Below, piece after piece: positions 62,365 through 64,000 of a stretch of 64,000 nt of DNA. This DNA comes from Candidatus Kaiserbacteria bacterium. GTDB lineage: Bacteria > Patescibacteriota > Minisyncoccia > Phycocordibacterales > UBA2100. Position numbers and translations under genes: made by a program. Position 1 is the stretch's first letter. Each line of letters begins with the position of its first letter. The notes beneath the pieces were generated by a model, which saw nothing but the letters and a program-made list of their open reading frames with translations, was not told the DNA's origin and did no database searches. The stretch is taken from the NCBI GenBank assembly GCA_016432285.1, contig CP066682.1:352933-416932 (forward strand). The letters run 5' to 3'.

Positions 62365-62630
62365 ACGAAATGACCTGATCGCAGGCCGGTAGTAAGTCGA
62401 CGTTTTAAAGCAGTTCTTGCACCAGCGGATTTCTTCAGCATTTGCTCCCGCCGCTCGGCATCGGCCTGCGATGAGTACGCCTCATAGTACAGGAGTTTGA
62501 ACGGTACCCGAGGTTTCGTTGACTTGTTTAGGCCGTCGTTATGTTCGGAAAAACGTCTGCGCAGGTCCGATGTATACCCGGCGTAGAGCTTTGTATCTTT
62601 TGAACTTTGCAAGATGTATACGTAGAACAT
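62361..62630 (-). CDS. small GIY-YIG nuclease-domain protein (UPF0213/YhbQ-like, 89 aa), lower-GC gene wedged between the ABC ATPase and permease genes
   Basis: FYVYILQSSKDTKLYAGYTSDLRRRFSEHN shows the GIY-YIG, Arg and Glu/Asn catalytic positions. Its stop overlaps the permease ATG (ATGA). GC is ~50%. The ORF-track entry 62361..62897 was trimmed to ATG 62630. Confidence 0.75.
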   Translation of the reverse strand: MFYVYILQSSKDTKLYAGYTSDLRRRFSEHNDGLNKSTKPRVPFKLLYYEAYSSQADAERREQMLKKSAGARTALKRRLTTGLRSGHFV

Positions 62631-62659
62631 AACTAGGTCATTTCGTGTGAACAGGCATA

Positions 62660-63427
62660 CTATTTTTCTTGCGTGAGCTTCAAAAAGACTTCCTCCAGCC
62701 GGCCGCCTCGATAGCCGTCTTTCGCGGCGCCCGTATCGTCGTGCATGGCGAGCACCTCCTGCATCGTGCCGTTGGCGACGATCTCGCCTTTGTTGATGAT
62801 CGCCACGCGCTTCGCGAGCTGCTCCGCTTCTTCGAGATAGTGCGTGGTGAGGAGGATGGTTACGCCTTCTCCGGTGAGCTTGCGGAGGTAGTCCCACATC
62901 CCGCGCCGCAGCTCCACGTCGACGCCCGCTGTCGGCTCGTCCAAGACGAGAAAGCGCGGCTTGTGTATCAACGCGCGGGCAATCATGAGGCGGCGCTTCA
63001 TGCCGCCCGAGAGCTGCATGCCGTTCTGCTCCATTTTCTCTCCGAGCCCGAGGTCGGTAAGGAGCTGCCTGGCGCGCGGAAGCGCCTCGCTGCGGGGGAG
63101 CCCATAGTAGCCGCCCTGGTTGACGACGATGTCGATGAGTTTCTCAAAGGGGTTGAAGTTGATTTCCTGCCCGACGAGGCCGATGAAGGTTTTGGCCACT
63201 TCGGGCTCTTTGTCGATCGAATGCCCGAAGACCTCCACCGTGCCGCTCGTTTTATTGACGAGGCCGGTCGCGATGCCGATGATCGTCGTTTTGCCCGCGC
63301 CGTTGGGGCCAAGCAGCGCAAAAAAGTCGCCCTGCGGAATGTCGAGCGAGACGCCTTTCAAGGCGACGGTCCCGCTCCGGTAGGTTTTCTTGAGGTCCTT
63401 GATCGAAAGTGCGTGCATGGGTTTCAA
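62660..63427 (-). CDS. ABC transporter ATP-binding protein
   Basis: Walker A (GPNGAGKTT), ABC signature (LSGGMKRR), Walker B (LVLDEPTAGVD) and the H-loop. Confidence 0.9.
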   Translation of the reverse strand: MKPMHALSIKDLKKTYRSGTVALKGVSLDIPQGDFFALLGPNGAGKTTIIGIATGLVNKTSGTVEVFGHSIDKEPEVAKTFIGLVGQEINFNPFEKLIDIVVNQGGYYGLPRSEALPRARQLLTDLGLGEKMEQNGMQLSGGMKRRLMIARALIHKPRFLVLDEPTAGVDVELRRGMWDYLRKLTGEGVTILLTTHYLEEAEQLAKRVAIINKGEIVANGTMQEVLAMHDDTGAAKDGYRGGRLEEVFLKLTQEK

Positions 63428-64000
63428 GATAGTAGGCTAGTCTCTACAAAATGAAAAGCGTCGGAAGGATCTTTGACTGCCTGCGTGGGGATGACGCCGA
63501 TCACGGTGGCATCGTTGCCGCCGGTGAAGAGCGCGTCGCCCACGTAGAGGCAGTCCTCTTTTTTCCACCCCTCGTGCTCCAAAAGGCGCAGGATGTTGTA
63601 GCCCTTGTGCTTGCCATCGAGAATGAAGTTGAAGCTCGTGGTGCCGGCGGGCTCTACTGAAATCCCGAGTTCGCGGAGCTTGCGGACGTCCGCATCGTGC
63701 CGCGCGAGCGCGGCCTGCCGCTTTTTGTCATCCGGATCGAATGCGTATTTTTCGTTGATGTCGGCGTGGAAGCCGGTAACGCTCGCGGTCAACTGCGCAC
63801 CGCGATTTTCTTCCTCGAGTGGATAGCCGTGAAAATCTTCTCTCCGCAGGAGAGAGACGAATGCTTTGATTGCCGCCGTCTGCTTTGTGGAGAGCTCCTC
63901 GATCCAGAGCGGCGCGCCGTTTTTCGTGCGCGCATCGTTGCCGCTCTGCGCGAGCACGTAGTACTTACCATCGAATCGCGACGTCACTTGCTCGCGTATC
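63424..64000 (-). CDS. HAD-superfamily hydrolase, C-terminal part (N-terminus beyond the window end)
   Basis: HAD motif IV (CLYVGDALFTGGNDATV). No motif I (DxD) is seen before the first in-window ATG, so the CDS probably continues past 64000. Its stop overlaps the ABC ATPase start by 4 nt. Confidence 0.5.
   Translation of the reverse strand, partial: IREQVTSRFDGKYYVLAQSGNDARTKNGAPLWIEELSTKQTAAIKAFVSLLRREDFHGYPLEEENRGAQLTASVTGFHADINEKYAFDPDDKKRQAALARHDADVRKLRELGISVEPAGTTSFNFILDGKHKGYNILRLLEHEGWKKEDCLYVGDALFTGGNDATVIGVIPTQAVKDPSDAFHFVETSLLS

Noticed and set aside
62631-62897. 5' extension of the GIY-YIG ORF (MGLPPQAHRRRRNHPP...)
   Set aside because: Arg/His/Pro low-complexity sequence antisense to the ABC ATPase gene. 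GIY-YIG homology begins at the internal Met at 62630.

Overview
High-GC (about 60-63%) bacterial chromosomal segment that is densely coding on both strands. Readily recognisable core genes: nth, a tandem-fused double ddl, a MutY/Nth-like glycosylase, rnj, an OppA-like SBP, secG, groES/groEL, lemA, htpX, class II RNR nrdJ, murJ, lepA, an FtsB-like protein, HxlR with a LUD-domain protein, an NrdH-like glutaredoxin, hisS, a SET-domain protein, a VIT1 transporter, a thiol-disulfide redox cluster (Trx-like, DsbB, DoxX, FAD oxidase, Met-rich Trx, DipZ-like CcdA-Trx), a dTMP/folate cluster (glyA, tmk, dCMP deaminase, thyA, dcd, folA) and a purine cluster (PurS-PurL fusion, purQ, purE, purM, purC, purB). 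Non-coding genes: RNase P RNA and four tRNAs (Ser-GGA, Gly-CCC, Arg-CCT, Phe-GAA). No CRISPR array, rRNA, transposase or integrase was seen. Many genes lack a Shine-Dalgarno sequence and instead have a GTATA(C/G)T -10-like box just upstream of the ATG, suggesting leaderless expression. Most unusual observations: (1) three loci (lepA 5' end, tRNA-Arg 3' end, tRNA-Phe 3' end) carry 18-19 bp perfect direct repeats that duplicate the gene terminus around a 150-230 bp insert, and two of the inserts share a conserved ~90 nt hairpin core, a candidate miniature integrative or MITE-like element; (2) three lower-GC single genes (NTase, GIY-YIG, 133-aa unknown) are spliced with start/stop overlaps into conserved operons; (3) a 1380-aa secreted repeat protein; (4) a small transcription unit with two Arg-rich mini-ORFs between htpX and tRNA-Ser. 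Several ORF-track entries are antisense artefacts of the high GC content and were trimmed or rejected.
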